Origin: Octopus vulgaris
Lineage: Eukaryota
Direction: 5' to 3'
NCBI GenBank assembly: GCA_951406725.2
Contig: OX597817.1
Location: 19,964,001 to 20,028,000 of the forward strand
DNA: 64,000 nucleotides
Positions 28,001 through 42,276 of the stretch are shown piece by piece. Positions within the stretch are counted from its first letter, which is position 1. The number at the start of each line of letters is the position of its first letter. The notes beneath the pieces were generated by a model. The model saw only the letters and a list, made by a program, of their open reading frames with translations, made no database searches and was not told the origin of the DNA. The translations under genes were made by a program, and so were the position numbers.

Positions 28001-29548
28001 ATTGGGAACAAAGAAAGGGCACAGAATAGATGGGACGCATGAAAAGAAAGCGTTTCTAGACCAGTACTTCCCAGAAGAGGCTGAGACGATCGGATATAGA
28101 TAGAGAGATGACCACAGTAAAATGAGACATGCAACCACAAATCGTGCTCTATAGTGACTTCCACATCTCATACCGGTATCCAGTATGGCACAAGGCGGGG
28201 TTTCAATGACGTTTGAATAGGCTACTGATTGCACTAAGAGCTGAATACTAGAGAAAATGATGGACTCTCCCGCAGAAGACGATGTATAATTGTTCAGCGT
28301 TTTTGCTGAACGTCATTCATAAAGGATTTGCTTGTAGTGTTCATATGCATGTGCTGTACATTATTCCACGCCCTCTGTCAAATCACCATTGCCTGAACAA
28401 GTACGCAGTACACCATGCATCATGTGTCGAAGTGATCGTAGGGCGACGTGAAATGCAATGTGTTCCACGTGCTTTTCTCCGGATTATCCGTTCATTCCTC
28501 CAAGACAATTCTCATAATTCCGGTTTATAGGTGTTTGGTACTTCAAACTTGTTAATGCATTACACCAAAGGCGCGCCTACTAAATACTAGATTAAGTATT
28601 CAGATGTGTTAAATTATTATATTCAGATGTGTTAAATTATATACTTATAGCTGTAGACAGAAAAACGGTGGAGTCAAATCATATTTGGGATGACTGCGTG
28701 CGGAATCCTGATGATTTGTGGCCAGTAATTGATGAGGGTTGACCTTGTTCACGTCTTGTGCGTAAATTTTCCGTGTGTTGCTGGTTATACTTCTATGAAA
28801 TATCTCTCACCCCACCCTCTTTCTATCTATCTATATGCATGCCTATACATACACGCACACACACTAACATATATCTTGTATATATATATATCAATGTGTT
28901 CATCTGTGTACGTATGCATGTAAGTATATATGTGTGTATGTATGTGCGCATATATGTATATACATGTGTGTGCGTATATGTGCGGGTTTGTGGCTGAGTT
29001 TGTGTGTGTGCGTATATATACTATATTTATCCGTCTGTCTGTCTATCTCACTCTAAATATATATATATAAAGAGATAGAGGAGACAGAGGGAGAGAGAGT
29101 GAGAAAGAGGATGAGGGAGAGAGAAAGGGAAAGAGAAGGAGAGGAATTAAAATATTGTACTTACAGCATATTTCCACGCTAATTTCTGTCGTCAATATCT
29201 ATGCATTTATGCGAAAACTCATTATTAGTATGTTTTCTTTGATGGGAATGATGTCAGTATTTATTAACGTATAGTTTATAAGTGAATGATTTTACTTTCA
29301 TTTATCTTTTACAAAGATTAAATCTTTAACTGAGTGAAGAAGAATATAAAAATCAAAATAGATGAACAACATGCAGATGATAGCTGCTTTTGTAATATTG
29401 GCACCAAACCTAAGAAACATGTCAAGGAAAAATATAGCTTTTCTGTTTCGTTAACAAAGACCACTCATACGTCACGTTCTTTCCCACACTTCTTTCCCTG
29501 TCACTAGGAATTTTGATCGATGCTTAGCATTGCGTATATGCACCCAAA

Positions 29549-29590
<42 letters not shown>

Positions 29591-29732
29591 CATACATACA
29601 TACATACCTATATATATATATATATACATACATATATACACACAAACACACATACAAATCTATATGTATGTATATGTGTATATGTATGAATTTATGTTTG
29701 ACAGTATGTATGTTTATATGTATGAATGGGTT

Positions 29733-29788
<56 letters not shown>

Positions 29789-30414
29789 TGTATGTGTGTG
29801 TGTGTGTGTGTGTGTATGTGTGTGTGAGTGTGTAGGTATTATGCTGTGAGGTGTATAATTCAAGAAATATTTCCAGTTTTGATTTGTAGAATTGCCCGAT
29901 TGATTTGCAAGTTTGGCAAATATACATTAAAACGAGCGTTATATTCTTGTTCGCACGTACACAAGCAAAGAAATAGATTAAAATTTTACACGAATACACA
30001 TAAATACATGCACATACATATATATGCATACAGAACTCATGCACATAGATATTTTTACGCACACAGCCTACGATAGTGCCCGTAAAAATTGACGAGGTTT
30101 ATATCTCTTCACTCCCATTTGGGTAAAATTTGACCCTTAAGATTATAATTTTTGTCTTATATTTTGTTTCTTGTTTCTTTAGTATTTCGTTACTTTTTTA
30201 ATAACCAAATAATCTTCGACGTACTTGTGCTGTTCGAACTGACTAAGATCATAAATTGTGCGTGTTGAAGGACTGTTCGTTTATTTCTTATACTCACCTT
30301 TATACTCTCACGCTTTTATATTTTATTTTATCTCTTTTTTTTCCATTCCACTCATTCATTCACTCTGTTTTGCACTGTCTCTGTTATATATGCATATGCG
30401 TATGTATATATGTA

Positions 30415-30967
30415 TGATTTTATGATTGCAGCCCTCCCGTGAAATCCAGCTTTGTGCAGCTCCCGGCTAACAATTTTAGGGGAAACCGGGTTCTTCAGGT
30501 GGTCATTAAGATCTCCAGCAATTCTGGGAGCTTTACTTTTGTGACCCTTTCTAACAATTCGCATAAGAGTCCGACGGTCCCTATCTGAAAGTTTTGGTTT
30601 TCTTCTGTAATTTTGTTTCGACGAGGAGGTTTTTCCGTCTTTCTCAAAGGCTGTCATTACTTTCGAGACAGTACTTCTGGAGACATGAAACATTTTGGCT
30701 GTATTCTTTACGCAAGCGCCTGCCATATGAGCAACAACAGTTTGACCTTTTTGAAAGTCCGGTAGGTCAGTAAATTTAATGAATTTCAAGTACCTTTTTC
30801 TGATGATATCTGAAAAGAAACAGCAATTTTAGCAGAACATATTATGCAACACAAATGATAAATTAAAAAAAAACAACATAAAAATAAACAAACTTTTGAC
30901 CGGTTTTATAGATATTTCAAAATTTTGTCGCCACGATTTCAGGTGTTCCCATTATTTTGTCGAACGC

Positions 30968-30969
<2 letters not shown>
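30415..30969 (-). mobile_element. Tc1-like transposon, 5' half (TIR plus HTH DNA-binding region)
   Basis: ORF 30352-30789: DLPDFQKGQTVVAHMAG..TAKMFHVSRSTVSKVM..RRKPKLSDRDRRTLMRIVRK..VSRELHKAGFHGRAAI. DDE domain absent; TIR-like gttcgacaaaataatgggaacacctg. Confidence 0.92.
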
Positions 30970-31061
<92 letters not shown>

Positions 31062-31459
31062 ATATTATGTATATTTAGGATTTTCATATACATATATTTA
31101 TATATTAAAGTATATTTTTTATTTAATTATTTTATCGTTCTATTTTATTTTTAACCTGATAAGCGTATATATTTATATGGAAGTGATTTCTCTACTACTA
31201 TAATCATTTCTTAAATATAGCAGCGTTTTTCTACCTATTATATACATTATATGATTTTTGTAATTTACTTAATCTTTACTTTTTATTGTTATTTAAATTT
31301 TAACTTTTCTATTATATGTAATTTTCTAGATGGTGTAATTTAATTATTCATTTTGAATTGATAAAATGTGTTTTTTTCTAATATTTTATATATATATTAT
31401 ATTATGTGGAATTTGATTTAGTATTTCGAAAGTTTGGATCTTATTCCCTCAAATTATAA

Positions 31460-31513
<54 letters not shown>

Positions 31514-32021
31514 CCGAGTCGTTTCTAATCAGTACATCCAGAGTGGAAGCAATATTGTCGATAACGGCTGAAATTGCATTTGACTTCTCTAGCCGATAAC
31601 TGATAAAGAATTGGTGACCTATGTTTTCTGTCCACCTGTGTATTTAGTATATGTTTGTTTATTTATTACCTGTTTTTAAAATGATTTTTTTTTAATTTTG
31701 TATAAAATAAGTAGGTCATATTTACCGTTTGTCTTTTAATTGAATCCTGAATACACACACACACACATGTAATCCTCTTTAAGAAGGAAAGCACTTTCAT
31801 GCTGGCCAATGCAAATTGTACACTTCCCTACCTTACTTTTAAACAAAGAACTTCCATTACTCCAGTAATACATATCATTATACATTAGCTGTGCTGATTC
31901 TGCCCATAAGAAAGGAAACAATAACACAATATGGCTGTATGTCATAACACCCGAGTATGTATTGATAGTGAGTCTGTGTGTCTTTCTCTCTTCATACACA
32001 CACACAAACACACACACACAT

Positions 32022-32056
<35 letters not shown>

Positions 32057-32666
32057 AATGTATCTATGTATATATTTATATATATACACACATACATATG
32101 TGTGTGTGCGCGCGCATAAATAATATATGATTATTTAAAATATATATGTATGTGTGTATAGGCGTTAGCATATGAATATATTCTATTTCGTAACCTAAAA
32201 ATGTTTTGGGGGCAAATCAAAATAACATACTAACTTCTCCTACTATATTTTCATATATTGTTATCTGTAACAATCGCATATGGATATCATATTTATTCAC
32301 GTGTCTTCCCTGTAGTTCTTTCTTGTTCTACTGTTCTGTTCTCTACTTTTAGATTGTTAACCCTCTGTCATTATATATCATCTTCCATTACTACATTTTT
32401 CATCCTACTCAATGTGTGCAAAATTTAGCTTTTACTTATTTCTCACGCTATCCAGGAACCGTTTTCAGGCAGTAACCTATATATATTTATCAATCTAGTA
32501 AACCGATATTTGTAATATTTCGTTCCTATTTTACCCCAATTTCCGAACGGAAAGTGCTTCCAACACCAAAGATCATATAGCGTACCAGAAAGTGCCTGCA
32601 AAAAGGATACAAGATTACGCATATCTACCTATGTTAATACATACATACATACACACATAGACACTA

Positions 32667-32722
<56 letters not shown>

Positions 32723-32921
32723 ACACATATACGTGTGGTAAGTAGATTGCTTAACAATTATAATGGCTCCAGAAAGTTCTTGCAAGAAGGATACAACATT
32801 ACACATATCTACCTGTAGTCATGCATAAATACATACAGACACATACATGCATATAAACACACACGTACACACATACACACGCACACACACACACGTACAC
32901 ACACACACACACACACACACA

Positions 32922-32973
<52 letters not shown>

Positions 32974-32979
32974 GTGTTT

Positions 32980-33103
32980 GAACCACATGGTTCCGGATTC
33001 AGATTAAGGCAGATTATGCAAGTGTCTTCTACTATAGACTCAGTCACACCAAAGCAAAGCTTTGTGAGTGAATATACTAGACGGAAACTGAAAGAAACCC
33101 GTC

Positions 33104-33153
<50 letters not shown>

Positions 33154-33390
33154 GTGCGTCCGTGTGCGAGTGTGTGTGTGTCTGTGTGTCTGTGTTTGTC
33201 CCCCTACCATTGCTTGATAACCGATGTTGGTGTATATACGACCCTGTCATTTAGTGATTCCGCAACAGACAGCGATAGAATAAATATAAGTACAAATAAT
33301 AAGTCCTGGGGTCGATTTGTTCGACTGAATGCGTTGCTCCAGTATGGCCACACTCAAATTACTGAAACATTTAAAAGAGCAAAAGAGAAT
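32980..33390 (+). mobile_element. SINE family A, diverged
   Basis: aaccacatggttccggattcag..gacggaaactgaaagaaacccgtcg..cattgcttgataaccgatg..actgaaac. Confidence 0.88.
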
Positions 33391-33820
33391 ATTTGTGTTT
33401 TACAATGTATATCTCGCAAGTAGCAGGTCTGTCTCATAGAAATATGTTAGCTAATTACTCCGCGTGCGTTTACATACAGCGAGAGATTTTAGGTCCCCTT
33501 ACAAGGAAACATGTACTAATCGTATATGTGTGTGTGTGTGTGTATGTGCGTGCGCCCGTGTGTACAGATACATACATGCGCACATATATATAGATATGTG
33601 TGAGTGTTTGTATGAATGATGTATGTATGTAGGATCTTTTCAATCTCAGTCAGATATTTTTTAATTATTTTTTTATTTAACTGAACAGTTTGAAAGTTTG
33701 GATACCGTTTGAACGTGTCACGCAGAACACGTTTTACTCTTAACGGTTTTGACAAATTTTGTATTTTAGTAGTTATTTCGTGCTAAATATGTCGCGTTTG
33801 AGTAATTTTAACCAATCAAT

Positions 33821-33985
33821 GACGCAGGAGTGGCTGTGTGGTAAGTAGCTTGCTAACCAGCTACATGGTTCTGGGTTCAGTCCCACTGCGTGGCATCTTG
33901 GGCAAGTGTCATCTGCTATAGCGCCGGGCCGACCAATGCCTAGTGAGTGGATTTGGTAGACGGAAACTGAAAGAAGCCTGTCGTA

Positions 33986-34056
<71 letters not shown>

Positions 34057-34267
34057 ATGTGTTTGTGTTTGTCTCCTAGCATTGCTTGACAACCGATGCT
34101 GGTGTGTTTACGTCCCCGTAACTTAGCGGTTCGGCAAAAGAGACCGATAGAATAAGTACTGGGCATACAAAGAATAAGTCCCGGGGTCGATTTGCTCGAC
34201 TAAAAGGCGGTGCTCCAGCATGGCCGCAGTCAAATGACTGAAACAAGTAAGTAAAAGAGTAAAGAGT
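33821..34267 (+). mobile_element. SINE family A, full length
   Basis: Closely matches 15826-16249. Confidence 0.96.
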
Positions 34268-34850
34268 GTATTGAGCTGAAGACAGATACTGCCGTTTGCG
34301 AAAGAAATGCAAGAGCAACAACTTCCGGGTCATCGGGTCATGAAAGAGAAAGAGAGAGAGAGAGAGATAGGTGGGAGAAAAGTATAACAGATAAGAAATG
34401 TGGGTGACAAAAAACAGTGCTATTTTGTGGGGAATGGGTAAAAAAACGAATGTTCTTTTATAGGGAATAAATACGTGTGTGTGCGCGTGTGTATTTTTTC
34501 CATCTTATCCAACGTGTCTTCTCGTTTATATAATGCTAGTGTGTAACATTGAGAGATATTTGGCTGTTATTTCCAGCAGGACAAGAAACTATACATATTC
34601 TTACATGTTCTCACATACACATGCATACATGCATATATGCACACATACGTACACACTTACACACATGCACACATACATAAATACATACACACATATATAC
34701 AAGTACATAGACACAGATATACGCTTTAATCGTTGAATTCAGTGAACTCGTTCAATGACTGCACCTGATTTTTTTAACGTGATAAATCAAAGAGAGAGAG
34801 AGAGAGAGAGAGAGAAAGAGTGGAGAGGGAGAGATGGTGAGAAAGAAAGA

Positions 34851-35066
34851 GTGGTGGCGAAACCTGCTGTACTCTTTCACCACAAATTTCTCTCACTCTT
34901 CTTATTTCTGCTATAACTGTATTTCAAAGGGCCACACATGTCACACTACGTTACGCGTACACATATCTGTGGAGTGCTCATCCACTTGCACGTTAATTTC
35001 ATGAGCAAGCTGTTCTGTTGATCGGATCAACTGAAGCCCTCGTCGTCGTAACCGATGGAGTGCCAC
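34851..35066 (+). mobile_element. SINE family C variant with an alternative 3' tail, 5'-truncated
   Basis: ggtggcgaaacctgctgtactctttcaccacaaatttctctcactct matches the reverse complement of 27021-27073, then continues into a different tail ending gatggagtgccac. Confidence 0.7.
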
Positions 35067-35230
35067 GAATGAGTAATTTGTTAGGAAAAGTGCCGAATTG
35101 GAAGGGCCAAGAACCGGATTTAGTTCAAGGCTATTGGCTAAAGAATTTCATCAGTTTACATCGGAGCTTAAGGGAACAACTTCGGGATTGCATTAATGGA
35201 GGAATAACACCAGACTGGATGACTAGAGGG
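35067..35230 (+). mobile_element. R4/Dong-like RT N-terminal fragment
   Basis: LGKVPNWKGQEPDLVQGYWLKNFISLHRSLREQLRDCINGGITPDWMTRG matches NWKAPGPD.VQG.WLK....H..L...L..C......P.W.T.G. Confidence 0.85.
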
Positions 35231-35606
35231 ATGATAAGAGCAGTGATGATGATAAAACTGTAATGATAAAACTGTAATGATGATAAAACTACAATGATGA
35301 TGATAAAACTGTAATCCTGTGAATTATTGCTTGCGCTATGGGGAAAGGTCCAGCTGCTAGTCAAAGCCTAAAGATGCTGGAAAATCTTTCAACGGGTACA
35401 GTAAGAGGTCTATGCAACATGATCCTGAGCCGTCAGGATCATTGAAATTTCCATATGAAATATTAAATACAAAACTGAACTGACGGAAACTGTTTGAATG
35501 ACAGCTGGTTAGAACAGGTGGTTGTAGATTATAAATGTAAAACTTGTTTAATGATCTCAGATGGAGATTACGACAATCTGATGTAATTTCTCAAGAATGC
35601 TTGATA

Positions 35607-36322
<716 letters not shown>

Positions 36323-36456
36323 TAATGAAACAAAACAAGTTAAAGATAACTGATAACTATTTTCAAACATCATATGAATTTAAATATATGCATTAAATAT
36401 GTTAGTAATTATTGGCTTACATCATAATGCATGAAGTAGTATATAAGTTCATTTAA

Positions 36457-36638
36457 GGCGGCAAGCTGGCAGAATCGTTAGCACGCCGGGCGAAATGCTT
36501 AGTTCGTCTGTCGCCACGTTCTGAGTTCAAATTCCGCCGAGATCGACTTTGCCTTTCATCCTCTCGGGGGTCTATTAAATAAGTTCCATTTACGCTCTGG
36601 AGTCGATGTAATCAACTTAATCCGTATGTCTCTCCTTG
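36457..36638 (+). mobile_element. SINE family B
   Basis: ggcggcaagctggcagaatcgttagcacgccgggcgaaatgc..gagttcaaattccgccgag..gcctttcatcct. Confidence 0.92.
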
Positions 36639-36754
36639 CTGGGGCTTCTAACGCCCTATACATGTATGCATATGCGACACTGGAAAATATATTCTATGTG
36701 GACACTATAAATACATAATACCTACCTACGTACGTACATATATACATACACAGA

Positions 36755-37087
36755 TACATACATGCATGCATGCATGCATACATACATACATACATGCATG
36801 CATGCATACATACATACATACATACATACATACATACATACATACATACATACATACATACATACATACATACATACATACATACATACATACATACATA
36901 CATACATACATACATACATACATACATACATACATACATACATACATACATACATACATACATACATACATACATACATACATACATACATACATACATA
37001 CATACATACATACATACATACATACATACATACATACATACATACATACATACATACATACATACATACATACATACATACATACAT
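36755..37087. repeat. (CATG)/(CATA)n tetranucleotide array
   Basis: About 80 units, directly visible. Confidence 0.99.
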
Positions 37088-37785
37088 AGAAGCCATAACC
37101 ACTCATAATAGAAAGGAATAGAGGTGGAATGTATCAGTGAAACCCTGAATAACATGCAAGATCTGATATAATGATTTGGGATAGAGAAGAGAAACTGTGC
37201 AAATTTGAGGAAATTAGCTGCCCAACGAATGTGAACATAAAACTAAAGACAGTGAAAAAGAGAACACCTATACTGAACTATTGAGAAATCTTCAGTTACT
37301 CTATCTAGATTACAAATTATGCCTATAATTATGGAGGAGGTGATGTATATATCACGCTGCCTAGATACCAATCTTAAGAAATTGGGTTTCTCAAAAACCA
37401 GAAAGGAGAAAGCTAATTCGGAGACTACAGATCGAATCCATCATTGAAATTGTAAAAATCGGTAAACTTTTTTCCAGATGTTTATCATTTAAATATATAT
37501 GAGCATGTCTAGATATGCAACTATATGCATGAGTATACATACATAAAACAAACAAATCTGCACATACATACATACATATATATACATACATACATACATA
37601 CATACATACATACATACATACATACATACATACATACATACGTACATACATACATACATACCCTGTTGTTGATGTTGAAATTCCAATGAAGGAATCATGG
37701 ATCTAGGTTAGAAACTGGTTCTCTCTTTTGGCAAGAAATCTTGAAATAAACTTAATAACGTCATACATACATACATACATACATA
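37088..37785 (+). mobile_element. RLE-type non-LTR retrotransposon 3' fragment embedded in (CATA)n
   Basis: Across frameshifts: HNRKE*RWNVSVK../DIMIWDREEKLCKFEEISCPTNVNIKLK/SEKENTYTELLRNLQLLYLDYK/MPII..LDTNLKKLGFSKPERRKLIRRLQ, a decayed RLE domain. The 3' UTR contains internal (cata)n and ends in a (cata)n tail. Confidence 0.8.
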
Positions 37786-38244
37786 AATATATACAAATAT
37801 GTTTATACATATATATTTCGTTTATTATTCTAAATACTTACCATTATTACATACTTTTCTTCAGAATTACCTGAAGGATAAAAGAATCAGCAGAATTCTC
37901 TGCCACTTATATATAACTTCAGGAGACGATATTCAGTTGATCAAACTACTGGATATCCATCGTCGAAAAAACTTAATACAACAAATACATTCACTGTCAC
38001 CTACACACATGCACACGCACACGCACGCACACATACACAGGCATACATTTATCTATACTACAAAATGTGTATTCCACACAATTACGAAAAAGTGACAGAA
38101 TCACTCTCAACGAAAGCGTACATGTATAATGCTGTGTATTAGTTGTGTGTTCTCCTACTCAAACACTCTTGCTTACAGTGTAAAAAAAATATTCATATAC
38201 ACAAAGTAAACTAAATAAATATCAATAAATATATCAATAACCTT

Positions 38245-38395
38245 GCAGGCGTGGCTGTTGGGTAAGTAGGTTGGTTACCAACCACATGGTTCTGGGTTCA
38301 ATGGCACCTTTGGCAAGTGTCTTCTGCTACAGCCTCGGGCCGACTAAAGCCTTGTGAGTGGATTTGGTAGATGGAAACTGAAAGAAGGGCCGTCG

Positions 38396-38488
<93 letters not shown>

Positions 38489-38700
38489 GGTTGTGACTAA
38501 AATTGTTCCCCATCATCGCTAGACAACCAATGTTGGCGAGTCTACGACCTCGTAACTTAGGGCTTCAGCAAAAGACACCGATACAATAAGTACTAGGCTT
38601 ACAAAGAATAAGTTCTGGGGTCGTTTTCTTCGACTAAAGACAGTGCTCCAACATGGCCGCAGGCAAATGATTGAAACAAATAAAAGCATAAGAGTATAAG
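38245..38700 (+). mobile_element. SINE family A, diverged
   Basis: Collinear with 33821-34267. Confidence 0.92.
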
Positions 38701-39203
38701 TAAACACACACACACACACACACACACGCACGTACGCACCTTCATGCACAAACACACATATATATATATATGCAGGGGACGCTTGTAATATCGTTTTATA
38801 TATGCATGCATGCACAGAAACATATTGTTGTTACTCTTTAATTATTCTCTGTTCGTGACTTCATATTTCTTCAATCTGTGCCTTTCTCTACATCGTGTAT
38901 TTGCATTCCTTCATTGATTTTGCTCATTTTTTCTATACCTTCCTGTCACTTTTAATTCTTACTCTTAACCATAATTTGTATTGTGTTCACCTTCCTGTTT
39001 ACATTTATTTTATTCTTCTTGAGCATTCTTAGATTTTCTTCTACGCATTCATTCATTTTTATGTGCTTCCTTCTGATGATTCTTCCTAACTGTTATTTTC
39101 CTCTGATATATTCATTATCCATATTTTTTCTATCGATCCTTTCTTTTTGGTCGAATATTATACACTTGTATATTTTGGTAAAGTCGTGTATATTCTTTTA
39201 TAC

Positions 39204-39204
<1 letters not shown>

Positions 39205-39271
<67 letters not shown>

Positions 39272-39362
39272 ATATCTATCTATCTATCTATTTATCTGTC
39301 TGTCTGTCTTTCTGTCTGTCTATCTATCTATCTATCTATCTATCTGTCTGTCTGTCTATCTG

Positions 39363-39441
<79 letters not shown>

Positions 39442-39480
39442 GTCTATCTATCTATCTATGTATCTATATATATATATCTA
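39205..39480. repeat. (TATC)n/(TGTC)n microsatellite
   Basis: Directly visible. Confidence 0.98.
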
Positions 39481-40467
39481 CCTATTTATCTGTCTGTTTA
39501 TAAATCTATCATGCCCTCTCTTCCCTCATTTCTCTCTATGTATATATCTGTATCATGAATTTGTATGCATACATGCGTATGTAATCACACAACTACGTAC
39601 ACACACATATACAGCTAAGCGCGTGAGTGTATCTGTGTGTATTTCCATATCCATATCGATTATATTTATAAACATACGAGGATAGATAACTGGTGAAATA
39701 TTTTACTTTTTCATTCCAGCATATTTCTCTTCATTTTATTCAAAATTTATATATTTTTCATATAATTTAATTTAGTTGACTTAACATTTTTTTTGGAAAA
39801 TGAAACTTCCATAAGTTTCGCAGCCCAACACCATTTAAAAAAAAAAATTCTGGTTTGTTACGAGATCTGTTTCGGTCGCATCGTCATAAAGAATTGACTA
39901 AACAACAGATCCAAAATCGATATTTGCGTTCAAAGAATTCCTGTTTATCGATTGAAACTAAATTAGAATTAATGAAAATAAAATATTACAAATATAAATA
40001 GAAAATTTCAAAATATAAAATCATGAATGAAGCAAAAATGAAAAATAGTATAAGCGTAATGATAACCTTGTACACATTTCTTAGACAAGTATTTTACTTT
40101 GGTTTTCTGAATTTTCGGGAAAAAATAATATAGTAGAGTCAAAATGATTTTGTTAGTAGAGACGATGCTACATTCTCTGCACAATTTTCGTACATTTGTA
40201 AATGTCCCATCAAATGTTATGCAACGGTTTTGAACCCCAGGTGAATTAATAAGTATGAGTAACATGCTGCCTTGACCCCGTTTATGAAGGTCAAGATACT
40301 AGTTATTATTTTTATCGTCGCTATCGTTGTAGCTGTCGTCGTTGTCTTCATTGCTGTCGTTGCCGTCATCACCCTTATCATTATTAATAATACATGTCCC
40401 CACATGTCCCCACATGTGTTGCAGTGTCCCCTCTGTGTATTGGCTTTATGGCAAATTTAATAAAATA

Positions 40468-40538
40468 AAGTAGCTTGCTTACCAACCACATGGTTCTGGG
40501 TTCAGTCCCACTGCGTGGCACCTTTGGCATGTGTCTTC
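40468..40538 (+). mobile_element. SINE family A head fragment running into (CTT)n
   Basis: aagtagcttgcttaccaaccacatggttctgggttcagtcccactgcgtggc...gtgtcttct then (ctt)n. Confidence 0.88.
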
Positions 40539-40675
40539 TTCTTCTTCTTCTTCTTCTTCTTCTTCTTCTTCTTCTTCTTCTTCTTCTTCTTCTTCTCCTT
40601 CTTCTCGTTCGTCTTTTCCTTCTCCTTCTTTTCCTCATATAATAAATAATAATAACAATGATAATAATAATAATA

Positions 40676-41035
40676 AAACAGAAAGCTTTTTAGTAGCAGC
40701 ACAATATCAAGCATTAAAGACTAATTGAATAGTTCCATGTTAAACAATAGTCCAAGTGCAGTCAGAATATAGTTTATACAAAATCAAAAGAGGAAATAGT
40801 TATTCATAAAGTGAGTATAGCATGCTGGCACAGAAAGACTACATGGAAAGACATGATACTCTAGGGAGAGTAATCCACAGGGAGCTATGTAGAAAGCTAG
40901 GATTTGAAAATACTGGTAAATGGTATGAACATGAACTTAGTAATGTACTAGAAATTAAAAAAATATAAGATGTTGTTGGATTTAGCGTTCAGACTGACAG
41001 TGTAATAGAAGCTACAATGCCTGGTTGAGTACTTC

Positions 41036-41081
<46 letters not shown>

Positions 41082-41420
41082 TAAAAAGATGAGGAAGGGC
41101 CAGATAATTGATTTACAGTCCGAAATGAGGAAAAAATCAATATGAGAGGTATTGAGAAAATAACAAAGTACCAAGAAATAGTCTTTGAATTACAGACTAT
41201 GGAAAGTTCGAGTAAAATGTATCTCAGTATTTATAGGTGCATTAGGAACTATCCCTAAAGAATCGAATAGAGGAAATATGCATAAATCGCAGTTTAGTAC
41301 AGCTAGGATACTTAGGAGTGTTCTTGACATCTACTGTTAAGTGTTGCAGCCCGATGTTAGGAATTATTCTTTACCAACAGTGAAATGTGCTGTGCGTATA
41401 TGAATAATAATAATAATAAA
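40676..41420 (+). mobile_element. R4/Dong-like LINE 3' fragment between (AAT)n tracts
   Basis: KTESFLVAAQYQALKTN..LAQKDYMERHDTLGRVIHRELCRKLGFENTGKWYEHE..VQTDSVIEA..EKITKYQE..WKVRVKCISVFIGALGTIPK..TARILRSVLDI; internal (gta)n expansion. Confidence 0.9.
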
Positions 41421-41800
41421 CTTACTGAGATACCTATTTCAAGGTAAGGAATCCTTGGTAATGTCAATTAGGAATGAGGGGTACTGAAAGCAGAGTAAAA
41501 ATGGAAAAACAAAAGGAAAAGTTGTTTAAGGACATGAAGAATTATTACGCAACAAAAGGTTATAAAATCAGTTCTATATAGCCAAAAATAGAGTGACTGG
41601 AAAACAGGTGTGATTAGGTGAAGAAAAAAGCACTGAATATAGAGATGAGAGCACTATACATGCAGCACAAGTCTAAGATTTGGCCATGAACTGGAGGGTC
41701 AACAGCAAGAATAAACAAGTTTCTTCTTTGTGCCACATCAATCATAGAGTGGAGGAAACCATTACCTGTAACGCGATCGAATGCCCTAGACCTGCCCCAA
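41421..41800 (+). mobile_element. Second R4/Dong-like fragment (pre-zinc-knuckle region), older
   Basis: ESTIHAAQV*DLAMNWR..VSSLCHINHRVEETITCNAIECPRPA, a decayed C-x2-C...ET..H...C knuckle; begins right after (aat)n. Confidence 0.7.
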
Positions 41801-42211
41801 ATCACAACAGGTGGGAGTGGAAAGTGAGGTGCTGTCCCCGCGTTAAGTTATCAATAGGTAGGTGAATGTTGCAAAAATTGCAAGACTGAATGTTACCGTT
41901 CTAAGTGTAGACCTGTGAATCGAAGGAAAGTATTTGGTTGTATTAGTTTTTATCTTGTATGTTGTTTGTGTAGCGCAAATTGTGTTCTTCTATCAGGTAT
42001 CAGCCTTGTATGACATATGTGGCGGCTTTTGTTCATTTTCTTGGGTATTTACTGTATATGTTTATTCTTATATGACTTTGGAGGGACGTTGCATAGTAGT
42101 GTGTGTGTATGTGTGTAATTCGTAAATCAAATATTTAATAGTATTTGTCCACCGTTCATTTGCTTGGTTTTGTCGTGGGTTCCATTAATTATCATCATCA
42201 CCATCATCATC

Positions 42212-42276
<65 letters not shown>

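Noticed and set aside
31534-31586. Decayed hammerhead (acatc-CAGAGTG..GAAATTGCATTT-gactt)
   Set aside because: Multiple core substitutions; cannot be supported from this copy alone.
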